A program made the position numbers and the translations under genes. Below are positions 34,231-45,108 of a stretch of 64,000 bases of DNA, piece by piece. Position 1 is the stretch's first letter, and each line of letters starts with the position of its first letter. The stretch is from Perkinsus olseni (lineage: Eukaryota). The DNA is taken from contig JABANN010000090.1 of assembly GCA_013115125.1 (NCBI GenBank), forward strand, positions 1 to 64,000. The letters are read 5' to 3'. Under the pieces are notes generated by a model that did no database searches, was not told the origin of the DNA, and worked only from the letters and a program-made list of their open reading frames with translations.

Positions 34231-35571
34231 ATGTCGAGCATAGCGAGCTCAGTAGTCTGGGTTTTTATTCTCCAGTGGAATCTGGGGAGTATGACAAAGA
34301 ATGGGTTGATGAGGTTGCCTATCGTTTTGAAGGAAGTTCGAGTCGGTGGTGGCTACGAGACCTACATGCTCGCACCAATGAGAGTAGATGGTCAGCTTCT
34401 GAGTCCGATGCTCGACACTGGGGCATCGAGGTTCTTCTTCATCGAGGAGGAGTTCCTGAAGACGACGCGGTCATCAAAGGTCTGCGCGGACCTCTTCTAT
34501 GGCTGCTATCAGTGTTCGACCGATCTTTGCAGGGCTAGGAGGAGCGAACAGTATTACTATGATGGCACTTGTGCCTACACCGCTGAGCATAGAGGAACTC
34601 TCGAGCTGGGAGGCAAGATCATTCCCAACGCTGACTTCGGGCTAGTGGTCAAGTACACGCCTCAACGATGCGCTCCTCACGCGTCGCTCGGCCTGGCGCC
34701 CTTCCCTTCCAAATCAGAAGTCAACAACACTCCTCTCCTAGATCAGCTGGTCGACAGGGGTTTTATTGGAAAAGGTGATTTCTCTATCTACTTTAACCCG
34801 AACAAGGGAGATGGGGCTGTCGAGAAAGGCGAGCTGATCCTTGGCGGCGAAGACCCCAGCAAATTTCGTGGCCCTATGCTGGCAACACCGCTTCTTGAAC
34901 CAACAGATCTATGGACGGTCACGCTCGGCGGCCTTGTTGTCGATGGGCAGAGCATGTTGAGCTCGAGCACGCCTTTGGACATCGACAGCGGCACGTCTAA
35001 CTTCTGGCTACCGTATTTTGCATTTCTCGCGGTTCGCAAGACTCTGGAGACCTCTGCTACTACAGCGGCGGATAGGCCAATCAAGTTTGAGAGAACTCGG
35101 AAGGGCACGTTAACTCTCCCAAACTGCACTGATCGCTCCTATTTACCCTCACTGGAACTCTATTTTCACCAGAGGCATCGTCCGAAAGAATTCTCGGACA
35201 GCTACTATCCGGACACACGCAAGGACGGAGGATGGCCCATTGTGGTTCCGCCAGAGTTCTACGTACAGCGCTTCGCCGACGGCCAAGGGGAGAAATGTGT
35301 TTTACTGTTGCACTACGGTCTCAAGTCTAAAGGGTCACCCCTTATCGGGTTGAACTTGCTACGCAAATACTATGTTCACTTTCGGAGCACCAGGCGCCAA
35401 GTCGGCTTTGCAGAGTTAGCACAGACTGATGATGATCCGCTGAAGTCCGTAGGGGCAACGAAACGCGGGCAGAAACGGCAAAGGGAAGGGAGCGACTCGG
35501 GAATAGACCTCAAGGAAAAGAGACTGAGAGTCGATAGGTGGCGATGGAGGGAGTCGAGGAGGGTGAGCTGA
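34231..35571 (+). CDS. Intronless A1 (pepsin-like) aspartyl protease
   Basis: Signal-like N-terminus, catalytic LDTGAS and IDSGTS, GELILGG and IG..LLRKYY motifs. Confidence 0.9.
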   Translation: MSSIASSVVWVFILQWNLGSMTKNGLMRLPIVLKEVRVGGGYETYMLAPMRVDGQLLSPMLDTGASRFFFIEEEFLKTTRSSKVCADLFYGCYQCSTDLCRARRSEQYYYDGTCAYTAEHRGTLELGGKIIPNADFGLVVKYTPQRCAPHASLGLAPFPSKSEVNNTPLLDQLVDRGFIGKGDFSIYFNPNKGDGAVEKGELILGGEDPSKFRGPMLATPLLEPTDLWTVTLGGLVVDGQSMLSSSTPLDIDSGTSNFWLPYFAFLAVRKTLETSATTAADRPIKFERTRKGTLTLPNCTDRSYLPSLELYFHQRHRPKEFSDSYYPDTRKDGGWPIVVPPEFYVQRFADGQGEKCVLLLHYGLKSKGSPLIGLNLLRKYYVHFRSTRRQVGFAELAQTDDDPLKSVGATKRGQKRQREGSDSGIDLKEKRLRVDRWRWRESRRVS

Positions 35572-36250
35572 TTCTTGGTGGCGAAGACCCGAGCAAGTAT
35601 AGTGGCCCAATGCTTAATGCTCGGCTCTTCCCGTTCGCAAATGAATGGATAGTGGGACTCGAAGGCTTTGTCGTCGGTGGGCAGCTCATGTCAAAGTCGA
35701 ATCTTCCCGTGTACATCGACAGTGGCACATCTCGTTTCTGGTTGCCGCATGATATATTCACCACAGTCCTGCATACGCTGGAGGCCTTCGCCACTGCGGC
35801 GTCAGGCAGAACCCTTGAGCTCGAGGAGATTCGCGAGGGCAGCTTCGCTCTTCCAAACTGCTTGGATCGCGCCTATCTACCCCCTCTCCAACTGTATCTC
35901 CGCCAGGATGTCTTCGGGAGAAACTTTCCGAACATTTTCCCTTACAAGCTTGACAGCGAGGAGTGGCCTATTGTCATACCGCCAGAGCTTTATGTTCACT
36001 ATTCGCTCGTCAACAAGCGTGCATCCTGTTCTTGGGCCGTGACCCCGAAGGCTCGAAGGAATTATCTTCAATCGGAGTGAGTCTGCTACGGAAGTACTAC
36101 CTACATTTCCGAAACAGCCGGCGCCAAATCCAATTCGCAGAAGTGGCACCAACTCACGATCCTCTCAAGTCCGCAGAGGGAGAGACACATGGGCAGAAAA
36201 GACGGAGAGAACGAAGTGGGTCACTGGATACAGGCGAGAGAAATCTGTGA
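35538..36250 (+). pseudogene. Aspartyl protease C-lobe fragment with frameshift
   Basis: Begins at EGELILGGEDP with no N-lobe and retains IDSGTS. Alignment to the 37507 copy indicates a 1-nt deletion near 36002; the C-terminus continues in the frame of ORF 35963..36250. Confidence 0.8.
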
Positions 36251-36789
36251 CTGAGGGCCCAGGGCCACCTAGTGAAGTCCGCTGCCAAGTGCCTTCATGC
36301 TGCTCGCTGTTCTTCCTTTTTGGACGATACGCCCGATAAAGGCCCGCAAGATGATGATGTTCTTTGACAATTTTCTCGAATACTTGAATACATGTATCAA
36401 TCTCATTAGCTGTTGTGAATATAGATCCTGAGTTCACACTAACTCTGCCAATAGGATGGCTCGTTGGCTGTCTCTCTGCAGTCCCTCGTCTCGCTCACAT
36501 GAGTGGGAGCGCAACCGCGCCCTAGCCCTGCATTCAGCCATCGACTGCTACTGGCGGAAACGGATATCGAACACGTTAGTGTTTTTATTCGATACATCTG
36601 GAAGAGCGAAAGGAAGTAATGAGAACACCAATGTCAGGATAATACAATCCAAAATTCTGTTCATGGCTAGAAGTGCCAGTAACCACGCCGCCGGTAGACT
36701 AAGGTTATTCCGTATCCAAATCTTTCTTCCTACGGCCGGTAATGGTTCGTATACAAGGCATTGTAGTCGGTGTGTATCAGACTCTCACC

Positions 36790-36949
36790 GCCCCGGCCCC
36801 CACTAGAGTACTCAACAGGTTGGAGTGAGAGAGAGAAACGTTACTACGTCAGTTGTGGTGATGGTGAAGGGCGTAGGAATAAATTTACAACGTCTTATAC
36901 AGCATGTTGTCCATCCTCTTGACGCATCCCCAGACAATCTTGGAAGTCG
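36790..36949. repeat. 160-bp near-identical copy of 39267-39426 (3' end and 3' flank of the RPL7-like gene)
   Basis: Direct comparison shows only two visible substitutions (ctcaac/ctaaac, gacgca/gacgta). Confidence 0.92.
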
Positions 36950-37506
36950 ACTATGATTAGTCAGGCAGAGGCGGTACCCAAGCTCAATGCTGACGATTAA
37001 GTGCATAAATGTATGGAGATAAAAATACACTCTGCGATGCCGACTCCGCACCGTTTGTGTTGCAGCGTGTGCATCGTCATGTAGACGGGGTCAAGGCAAA
37101 ATCAGGGCGGCCCTTCAGTCAACTCAGGACTCGGTCCGAGCTCGTAAGGCACCTCGAGATCTGTCGTGGTTTGGAGAGGGCCTATCACATGGCGGGCGCT
37201 ATCCAGCTCGATGCTAGCTGTCTCGTTGCTCGAAGCGACCGACTTCCACTTCAAGCCGGAAATCGTCACCGTCATCTTTGAATGTCGCCAAGCCAGCAGT
37301 ACCTGGCGTTAGCTGGTGATCGTCGGCCAGCCTGTTCCGAGCCGGTCTGGTGCCAGCGCTACCATAGCACACTCAGGCGGGAGGCAAGGCTCTCATCTTG
37401 CCTATGCTTACCGAGGGACTACCCCGACGCGAGTTTTTGTCTCGTTGCATCCCCGAACGTACTGCTACTCGGAAATCACTTGCAAGTTGCCATATTTTCT
37501 CACCGC

Positions 37507-38787
37507 ATGTCAAACACAGCGAGTCGGTCCGGGGTAACAGTTTCCTTCCTGCAATTGATGATTCGGACTGTCGCAGCGAGTGGGACGATGCGGTTGCCAA
37601 TATTTTTGAGGACATATGAGGGAGAGGGTCACCTGGAAACTCTTGTTATTGCACCGATAAAAGCAGACGGTCAAAGTCTTAATCTGCTGGTCGACACGGG
37701 ATGCTCGGAGTTTTTCGTTATCGAGAGAGGGTTCCTCACACGGACGCGATCATACATCGCTTGCGAGCAGTCCATCTTCGGTTGCTATGAGTGTGCATCC
37801 GGTCACTGCGAGACTAATGCGGGCGAAGTGCGGTACGCTGATGGCGTGCGTGCTCGCTATGTACAGCATAGAGGCACTCTAGAGCTGGGAGGGCAGGTGG
37901 TGCCTGATGGTGAATTCGGGCTGGTCGTCGATTATGCACCTGTAAGTCACACCCCCCACGCATCGCTCGGCTTGGGATTTTACGCTTACGAGGCGAATAC
38001 TCCCATCATGAAGCAGCTCACTGATAGAGGTCTCGTGCGAAGAAACGACTTCTCCATCTACTTCGAGCCTGACAGCAAACAGGAGGGTGAGCTTATCCTC
38101 GGCGGCGAAGACCCAAGCAAGCATAGTGGGCATACGCTGAATGCTCGGCTCACTGCACCGCCCGTAAATGGATGGATAGTGGAACTTGAAGGCCTTGGCG
38201 TCGATGGGCGACTCCTGCCACAGTCGGCTTTTCGTTTGCACGTCGACAGTGGCACATCTCGATTCTGGCTGCCGCATGATATATTCACCACAGTCTTGCA
38301 TACACTGGAGGACTCCGCCACTGCGGCGTCAGGCAGGTCCATCAGTTTCAAGGAGATTCGCAAGAACCAGTTCGCTCTGCCGAAATGCTCCGATCGCGCC
38401 CATCTACCCCCGCTCGATCTGTATTTCCTCAGACAATTCAATCGGAGGGAATTTTCGGACAAGCTAGACCATGAAGATTGGCCTATTGTCATACCGCCGG
38501 AGCTTTACGTGCACCATTTTCCTAAACAAAAGAGGTGCATTCTCATGTTGATCGACAACTCTGAAGGCTCGCACGCTATCGGGGTGAGTCTACTTCGGAA
38601 TTACTATCTCAATTTCCAAAAAAGCCACCGCCGAATCCAATTCACAAGAGTGGCACAGAGTAATGATTCTGCCAAGCTCGGGAAGGATGAGGAAGCGCAT
38701 GGCGAGAGGGACGAAGAGAAAGCAGCGAGAGAGAATAGTGGATGGTGGCGAAACGCTCTTTCTTGGCTCTTTCCGGAAAGGTGGTGA
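37507..38787 (+). CDS. Intronless A1 aspartyl protease
   Basis: VDTGCS and VDSGTS catalytic motifs. ATG 37507 chosen by homology of upstream context and signal peptide with the 34231 gene. Confidence 0.9.
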   Translation: MSNTASRSGVTVSFLQLMIRTVAASGTMRLPIFLRTYEGEGHLETLVIAPIKADGQSLNLLVDTGCSEFFVIERGFLTRTRSYIACEQSIFGCYECASGHCETNAGEVRYADGVRARYVQHRGTLELGGQVVPDGEFGLVVDYAPVSHTPHASLGLGFYAYEANTPIMKQLTDRGLVRRNDFSIYFEPDSKQEGELILGGEDPSKHSGHTLNARLTAPPVNGWIVELEGLGVDGRLLPQSAFRLHVDSGTSRFWLPHDIFTTVLHTLEDSATAASGRSISFKEIRKNQFALPKCSDRAHLPPLDLYFLRQFNRREFSDKLDHEDWPIVIPPELYVHHFPKQKRCILMLIDNSEGSHAIGVSLLRNYYLNFQKSHRRIQFTRVAQSNDSAKLGKDEEAHGERDEEKAARENSGWWRNALSWLFPERW

Positions 38788-39361
38788 GTGAGGACTCGCC
38801 GGGTGGAGCCGGGTGATGATAGCCACCACACTGCCAACTATCGCACAACTATTTGGGACGACGGGCAGGATATTACTTCTCACTGTCACTTTCCCATCTT
38901 CAATACATCATGTATTATTCATGTTATAACGATCTTATTCGTTGTTGTCGATTACTGTGTTGATGACCCCAAGTTGCCAATAAGGTTGTTTTACTCATTC
39001 ATCTGCGGCGCAGGCCACTCGTTGAGTTAGCATCGACATCTGCATCGGGCCATCGGAGGCAAATCGAGAGGCGGAGATTGAGAACACTAGTGTGGAAATT
39101 TGATAGGTCTGGGAGGAAAAGGAAGTGATGTAAAGCGGACAAGAAGCTCACGATGATACCGTTCAAGAGTGGGGTCCGTCCAGCCCGGGTGAGCAGCAAT
39201 CACGCCAAGTGATCTTCCGAAGTCAGTGGTTCGCATGTGTTTCGGATGAAAACTCCCGCACCCACTGCCCCGGCCCCCACTAGAGTACTAAACAGGTTGG
39301 AGTGAGAGAGAGAAACGTTACTACGTCAGTTGTGGTGATGGTGAAGGGCGTAGGAATAAAT

Positions 39362-40690
39362 TTACAACGTCTTATACAGCATGTTGTCCATCCTCTTGAC
39401 GTATCCCCAGACAATCTTGGAAGTCGGTACGTTAACGTTGGCCTTACGCACATCGCCCATAGTGAAAGATACCAATAGGGAAAGTACGCGCCTCAGCTTA
39501 TCGAGATTAGGAGCTGAAGTAACAGCAGCAAGCACTATCCACGAGTCAGACGCAGCAGTGCTACTACTCTCTCCAGCGTTGGCAGCCTTGACAACATCCA
39601 CGATGTCCTCCACGGAGAGGATGTTGATATCGCCAAGGGCCTCCTCGATAACCTGACAGGAACTACCGCTGCGCCACGAAATTACATCACGAGAGCTGTC
39701 CTACCAAGTTGTTAGTGAGCAACTCGTAGCTCTCGCCAGCCTTGGCTTGAATGTAGGCCTTCTTATGCAGGAGGTCGGATATCGCCTTGGGTGAGGGGAC
39801 GCCGTAGTACACGAACCTAGCCCATGATGAATTGAGATTTTTCAACCGCCAACTGTGTATTACGTTTCGCATACACGCAGGAGCTCGCGATTCTCAAGAG
39901 TGTCCTCGAGGAACATGGCGTACCCATACTTCCGGAGACCCATCTTGCGAAGAGCCTTCAATACAGTGGCCGAGGGGGACCGACGATCGTTACGAACGAC
40001 GAGGAAGATCTGCAGATGGCAGGACGATAGAGTAGTTGCATAAGGTAAGCTCGCATACCCTTCCGGGGACGACATCTCCTAATACGGCCATACGCTTGTT
40101 CTTCTGCTTCGTCACTTTGGCCCTCCTGCGGTCCATAAGCCTCTCCCGAGCTTTCACGACCAGAGAGTTGGCCGAGATCTGACCCAATATTGCCACCCCT
40201 GTCAGTACTAACATTCTACTACCATCTTGGCTGCCTTCCCTAGTCGCTTCTTCTCCAGCTTCTGCTCCTTCACACGGCGCTGTCGGGCGGCAAGGGCCTT
40301 CAAGTTCCGATCTCTCCTTCTGATGACAGCCTCGGCAACCTGATCAATGCACAACCAGACGGCTACACCCACTCCTGATGAAACGAGACCATTCTACTAG
40401 GTTATTGTGACACCCTCGGCGCTTGTGGCGCTGAATTCTGCACGTATAATGCGCTTACACAATACATTTTTGATTTTGAGAATAGGTTTGTTGACGGCCC
40501 CTTGTGGTTCCCGCGGGACTTTCCTCGAGGTCCGAGTAGTTTTAAAGTGATTTCTCGGCCTTAGAAGTGCCCGAATTTTCTCAGTTTTTACCTTGATGCT
40601 CTCCCCCTCGTTCTTAGGCCGCAGAACGGGCTTATAGATGTCATTCTCCGTCTTCTGAACGGCTACCTTGGGCTGCTTCGACTTACCCAT
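39362..40690 (-). CDS. Ribosomal protein uL30/L7-like ribosome biogenesis protein (RLP7/RPL7L1-like), multi-exon
   Basis: MGKSKQPK|VAEAVIRRRDR..., IFLVVRN, KALRKMGLRK, FVYYGVPSPKAISDLLHKK and LTNNL|VIEEALGDINILSVEDIV; divergent from canonical RPL7. Confidence 0.8.
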
Positions 40691-41081
40691 TCTTCAAGAC
40701 GGCGCGATTAATCGATCACCGGGGCGCAGCGCCCTGCTACGCACGCGTGCACACGTGGTCAGCCAAAAGAGTACGCGAACAATGTAGTGTTGAGGAGGCG
40801 GTACCACAGCTTCTGAAGCCTCCCAAGTCCTCATATTGAGCTCCCTTACGACTTCGTGCATATGCGCGGTGTTTTACTAGCAAACGTTCCGTCTGTGTCA
40901 GACACAGTGTGTCTTGCACTTACACCACGGTGGCCGTATAGTTGCTCGGAAATCCTCACGGGTAGTGCGACAGCTGTCGCCCCGAGCACTTCAGCTGTAA
41001 ACTGTCAAGCTTCGACAAGTGCTAACCGGTCTCAACGTCTGATATCCAGTTGATTGTTGTCGTTGGAAGGCCCCTAGCATC

Positions 41082-42286
41082 ATGGCAAGCCCCAGTCCCC
41101 GTCTCATGAAGATGTTCTTCGGCATTGCACTGAAGGGCGGTGAATCGCAGACTATGGACGAGGTCAACGCCGATATGGTGCACCTCACCCAAGCGTGCTT
41201 GGTCAGCCCTAAGACGGATTCTCGGTGTGAGATCCAGGTAGGTCCTAGTGCTCAGCCCTCGGCCACTCATTGCTACAAACGCAGGTTAAGGAGACCGAGG
41301 GTGAGTCTTTCACTATTGCGGTATTGAGCAAGGGCAGTTCGAACGCCTTGAGTCTCGACCTCACCTTCTCTCCGGCCGACCCACCGACCTTCGTCAATAA
41401 AGGGAAAGAGGAGGTCCATCTCACTGGGTAGGAGAGTCTCTCTCGTGAGTCTCGCTTTACTGGTGGGACGCTTATTCTGTAGATGCTACGAGTTTTATGA
41501 CGTCGAGGGAGAGTCGGACGAGGAGTCTGAGGAGGAGGGAAGTGAAGTCGACGAGGCGGACATGGGCGAGGCTCTCAACAAGCAGCTCACTGAGATGATC
41601 AAGGAGAAGGCCAAGGCCCAAGGACTTGAGGTAGGTTGTGGCTCAGACGCACGTTCAGTGGAGAAACAAGGCGCCATGACAGGTCGAGGATAGCGAGGAC
41701 GAGGATGAGGAAGATGCGAAAATCGAGGAGGTTGAGGAGGAGGACGAAGAGGAAGAGGAAGAGGAGGAGTCTGACGTTGTTGAGGCTTCTCCCAAGAAAG
41801 CCGAATCGCCCAAGAAGCCCTCCCCTACGAAGGCTGAGTCTCCCAAGATGCCTTCTCCTAAAAAGGCGGAAGCCCCTAAGGCTGAGGTACTAGACTCGGG
41901 TCGGGACCATGTCGCTGCATAAGCTGGGGTTACTCCGTCTCCTTCAGAAGAAGAGAAAGCTCTCCGCCGACGAGTCTTCTCCTAAGGCTGCTAAACCCGC
42001 CAAGGCTGCTAAGAAGGACGGGAACAAGGTCGAGGATGACTATGCTCAGAGTATCGTCGACTATCTAACCAAGAACGGTAATAATGTCGTTGCTTCTCGG
42101 CGGGGGTGTCTTGAGTATTGTACGCTTGTGATGGATCCCTGAATGGGTGTTCTATTCTCAGGCCGCACCAATGTGGGCCAGTTGGGCTCGAAGTGCCGCA
42201 AGCCTGCCTCGGTGAGCAAACTTTCCAACTTCCTCAAGAGTAGACCCGAGTTCAAACTCTCCAATGGCTTCATCGAGCTCGCCTAA
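41082..42286 (+). CDS. Nucleoplasmin-like (NPL/HD2-type) domain histone chaperone with acidic tract, multi-exon
   Basis: MFFGIALKGG...VHLTQACL...SLDLTF...EEVHLTG (NPL domain), long D/E tracts, K/P-rich linker, small C-terminal domain. The start may be at 41106 or 41112. Confidence 0.8.
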
Positions 42287-43092
42287 TCAATAGGAAAACG
42301 TATTTACCAAGATGATATCGGACTCGTAAAAGTATCACAAGTTTAACGGCCAAGCTGTTGTGTTACACTGTTCGTCACTCGTCAATCCTCGCCGGTCACA
42401 TCATCGCTCAAGGTTCTCTATTTCTCGTCACGTGAACCTTTCATCACGGCTGTTCTATGTAGGGCTCACTTTGAGTATGATGCAACTCAGAAAGCGCCGC
42501 ATCTACCGACATTAGTAGCTCGCGAAGTGAAGCGCTGTGCACGTCCGGAGTGATGTCGTCATTCTGCGTACTCCCTACCGGACAACGCCGGGCAACAATG
42601 ACGTACCGGTTCGGCACCCGCTCGACAATCCTGAGAACGGTCCTTGAGAGCCCCACGGAACAGGCGACGGAGCCAGTCGGAAGCCCCGAAAGTAATCGGA
42701 GCATGTGGCCTATCACAGGGCGGGCGCTTCCTCATCCTCTTTGCTGTCTCTGATGTTCCGCTCGAAGCCAGTGTTCCATCGAGGGAGTGAGGATGTAATC
42801 GAGGGATAGAAAGAAGACGGTGTTCTGAAGGACTCTGGGTGGGATTTTCTCGTGGCAGTGTTGGCTCGTATCAGAAACTTGTGGTTAGCTGCCCACCGGG
42901 CCAGATAGAGCCGATGGGGTCCAGGTAGGGCCATATTGTCGCAGCATGAGCCGTGCCTTATGGGCGAGGTTATGGAAGCTCCCAGGTTCAGATGACACCA
43001 GTGGCGAGCCGACCTCTCTCTTGGGACTGGGCAGTTCGGGAGCGTTTTCGTTCGGCGTCTGCTCGGATATGTTCAGTTGTTCGCACCACCAT

Positions 43093-44280
43093 ATGACGAG
43101 TACCGTCAATGCTTTGATAATTTTTCTCCTAAAGGCATTTCTTCGCAGCCTCGCAGTGCCATTGAGGCTACCTATCTATCGGCAAGAGGTTGGTGACTGG
43201 GATTCTGTGGTCGTTGCTCCCGTACGGGCAGACGGTCAGAGACTTAGCCTGCTGATTGATACGGGTTCCTCGGAAGTATTCTTCGTCGAGAAGAAGTACT
43301 TGGAGAGAGCCTTCTCGCCAGGGGCATGCGAGGACTTCCTCTTTGGGTGCTATGAATGCCCAGCTGGTCCCTGTAGGGGTGAGGTGAGCAGAATTGAGCA
43401 CTCTGATGATACTTGTGCCTACACAGTACAGCATAGAGGCGCCCTGGAGTTGGGAGGCCGGACCATTCCCGACGTAGACTTCCCCGGTCTAGTAGTGGGG
43501 TATACGCCTAATGATTCCACCCCACATGCCTCTCTTGGGCTGGCGCCTCGCTATGATGGTGGTCCTACTCCGCTAATGGACCAGTTAATCGATAAAGGTG
43601 TCATCAACAGAGCTGACTTCTCAATCTACTTCAAGCCTGACAACCCTTACGAGGGGGAGCTCATCCTTGGTGGGGAGGACCCCAGAGGACAGATGATGAT
43701 AGCTCCTCTTGCGGTAGAGGGTGAATGGACAGTGAATTTGGGGAGCCTCGGGGCCGGTGGGTCACTCTTTTCAGGGTTCATGCCTCTGCACATAGATAGC
43801 GGCACATCGCGACTGTGGTTGCCGCGTGAAGTTTTTTACACGCTGTGGCGGGCTTTGGAGAAGAAAGCCAGTGAAGCATCGAGCCAAGCGATTGAGTTCA
43901 GAGCAGACGAGGAAAACCGCGTTCTCACTCTCTCACACCGGTCTCATCGCGTTCACCTTCCCCCACTGGAGCTGCATTTCCGCGACAAGCTCGGTGGTGC
44001 GTCGACTATTGTGATACCGCCCGAGTTTTACGTACAGACTTTCGACCTGGCTGAATCTAAAACGGCTATCCTCCTGTGGCATATACCGGAAGACTTTCCG
44101 AAAAAAGCCTTCCTTGGGTTAGGTTTACTACGGAAGTATCACCTTCACTTCCTGTACAACGATAGGGAAATCTGGTTTTCAGAGATTACTCGAGACAAAG
44201 ACTTTCCAGATATTGTTCAGATAGCGAGACGTCCTCAAAGGAGCCGTCGGGCTGCGAGGACCTTGGAGACATACCTGTAG
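43093..44280 (+). CDS. Intronless A1 aspartyl protease
   Basis: IDTGSS and IDSGTS motifs; signal-like MTSTVNALIIFLLKAF; same family as the 34231 and 37507 genes. Confidence 0.9.
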   Translation: MTSTVNALIIFLLKAFLRSLAVPLRLPIYRQEVGDWDSVVVAPVRADGQRLSLLIDTGSSEVFFVEKKYLERAFSPGACEDFLFGCYECPAGPCRGEVSRIEHSDDTCAYTVQHRGALELGGRTIPDVDFPGLVVGYTPNDSTPHASLGLAPRYDGGPTPLMDQLIDKGVINRADFSIYFKPDNPYEGELILGGEDPRGQMMIAPLAVEGEWTVNLGSLGAGGSLFSGFMPLHIDSGTSRLWLPREVFYTLWRALEKKASEASSQAIEFRADEENRVLTLSHRSHRVHLPPLELHFRDKLGGASTIVIPPEFYVQTFDLAESKTAILLWHIPEDFPKKAFLGLGLLRKYHLHFLYNDREIWFSEITRDKDFPDIVQIARRPQRSRRAARTLETYL

Positions 44281-45108
44281 ACCATTCCTGACGATATATT
44301 GCCCTTTCCAAGTTACGATTTAATATCGGTACTCTGTTCTTGCCAACTTGGACTATTTATTCATCTTATCCATGATGTGTGTGTCAGTCTAGAGTCCACA
44401 AGAGTCTTACGCCGACTCAGCAAGACACAAGTAGATGTGCTCGAAGAACGACGTTGTTCTTTGTTGAGTTATCCAGTTAGTTCAGATCATGTCGCAACGC
44501 CCGAACGAAACCGACCACGTCATTGCCTCCTGGCAGGATCCGCGAGGCGGGGCCTGAGGATCGAAAAGCTACATCGGCCAAGGCGCAGCAGACAAGTCTC
44601 ATGTCTAGGGTTCCATAGGGCCATGCGCTGGCTGGGCTCAGTGACCCTGATGGCGGCCATCAGATGGCCCTCTACAGGTTGAGACGACCGAAATGTCGCA
44701 GTGATCTAATCGCGTTGACCAGTTGCGAGAAGGCTCGGGCGGGCTCAAGTATGTGTGAAGGGTAGCAGTCACGACCGCTTGATCGGTCGTTGCAGACACT
44801 GCTTCCCAAACGAAGTTGACGGAAGGCTTTTCGGAAATGAAAAAAAATCTTCTTTCCATCCCGAGGTCCCGTAGCTGATGTGAGTATTCACAAAGAAGAG
44901 TTGTATAGAGGGATTGGATAACTGATGGATCAGAACTATCATCTCATCCTTTCTGCTTGACGAGGTTCCTGCAGTAAACCTTACTAGGTGAAGAGATTTA
45001 CGAATTGGAGCCGGCACCAGTGACGTCTCAGGCAAGTTTGTTCTTCGAAGACAGGAGATAGATGGCTGACGTTGTCCCAATGTTACTGTGGAACTCAAAG
45101 ACATAGTG

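Noticed and set aside
42444..43080. Run of minus-strand ORFs upstream of the last intronless protease
   Set aside because: Interrupted by stops, no recognisable family and no clear splice model.
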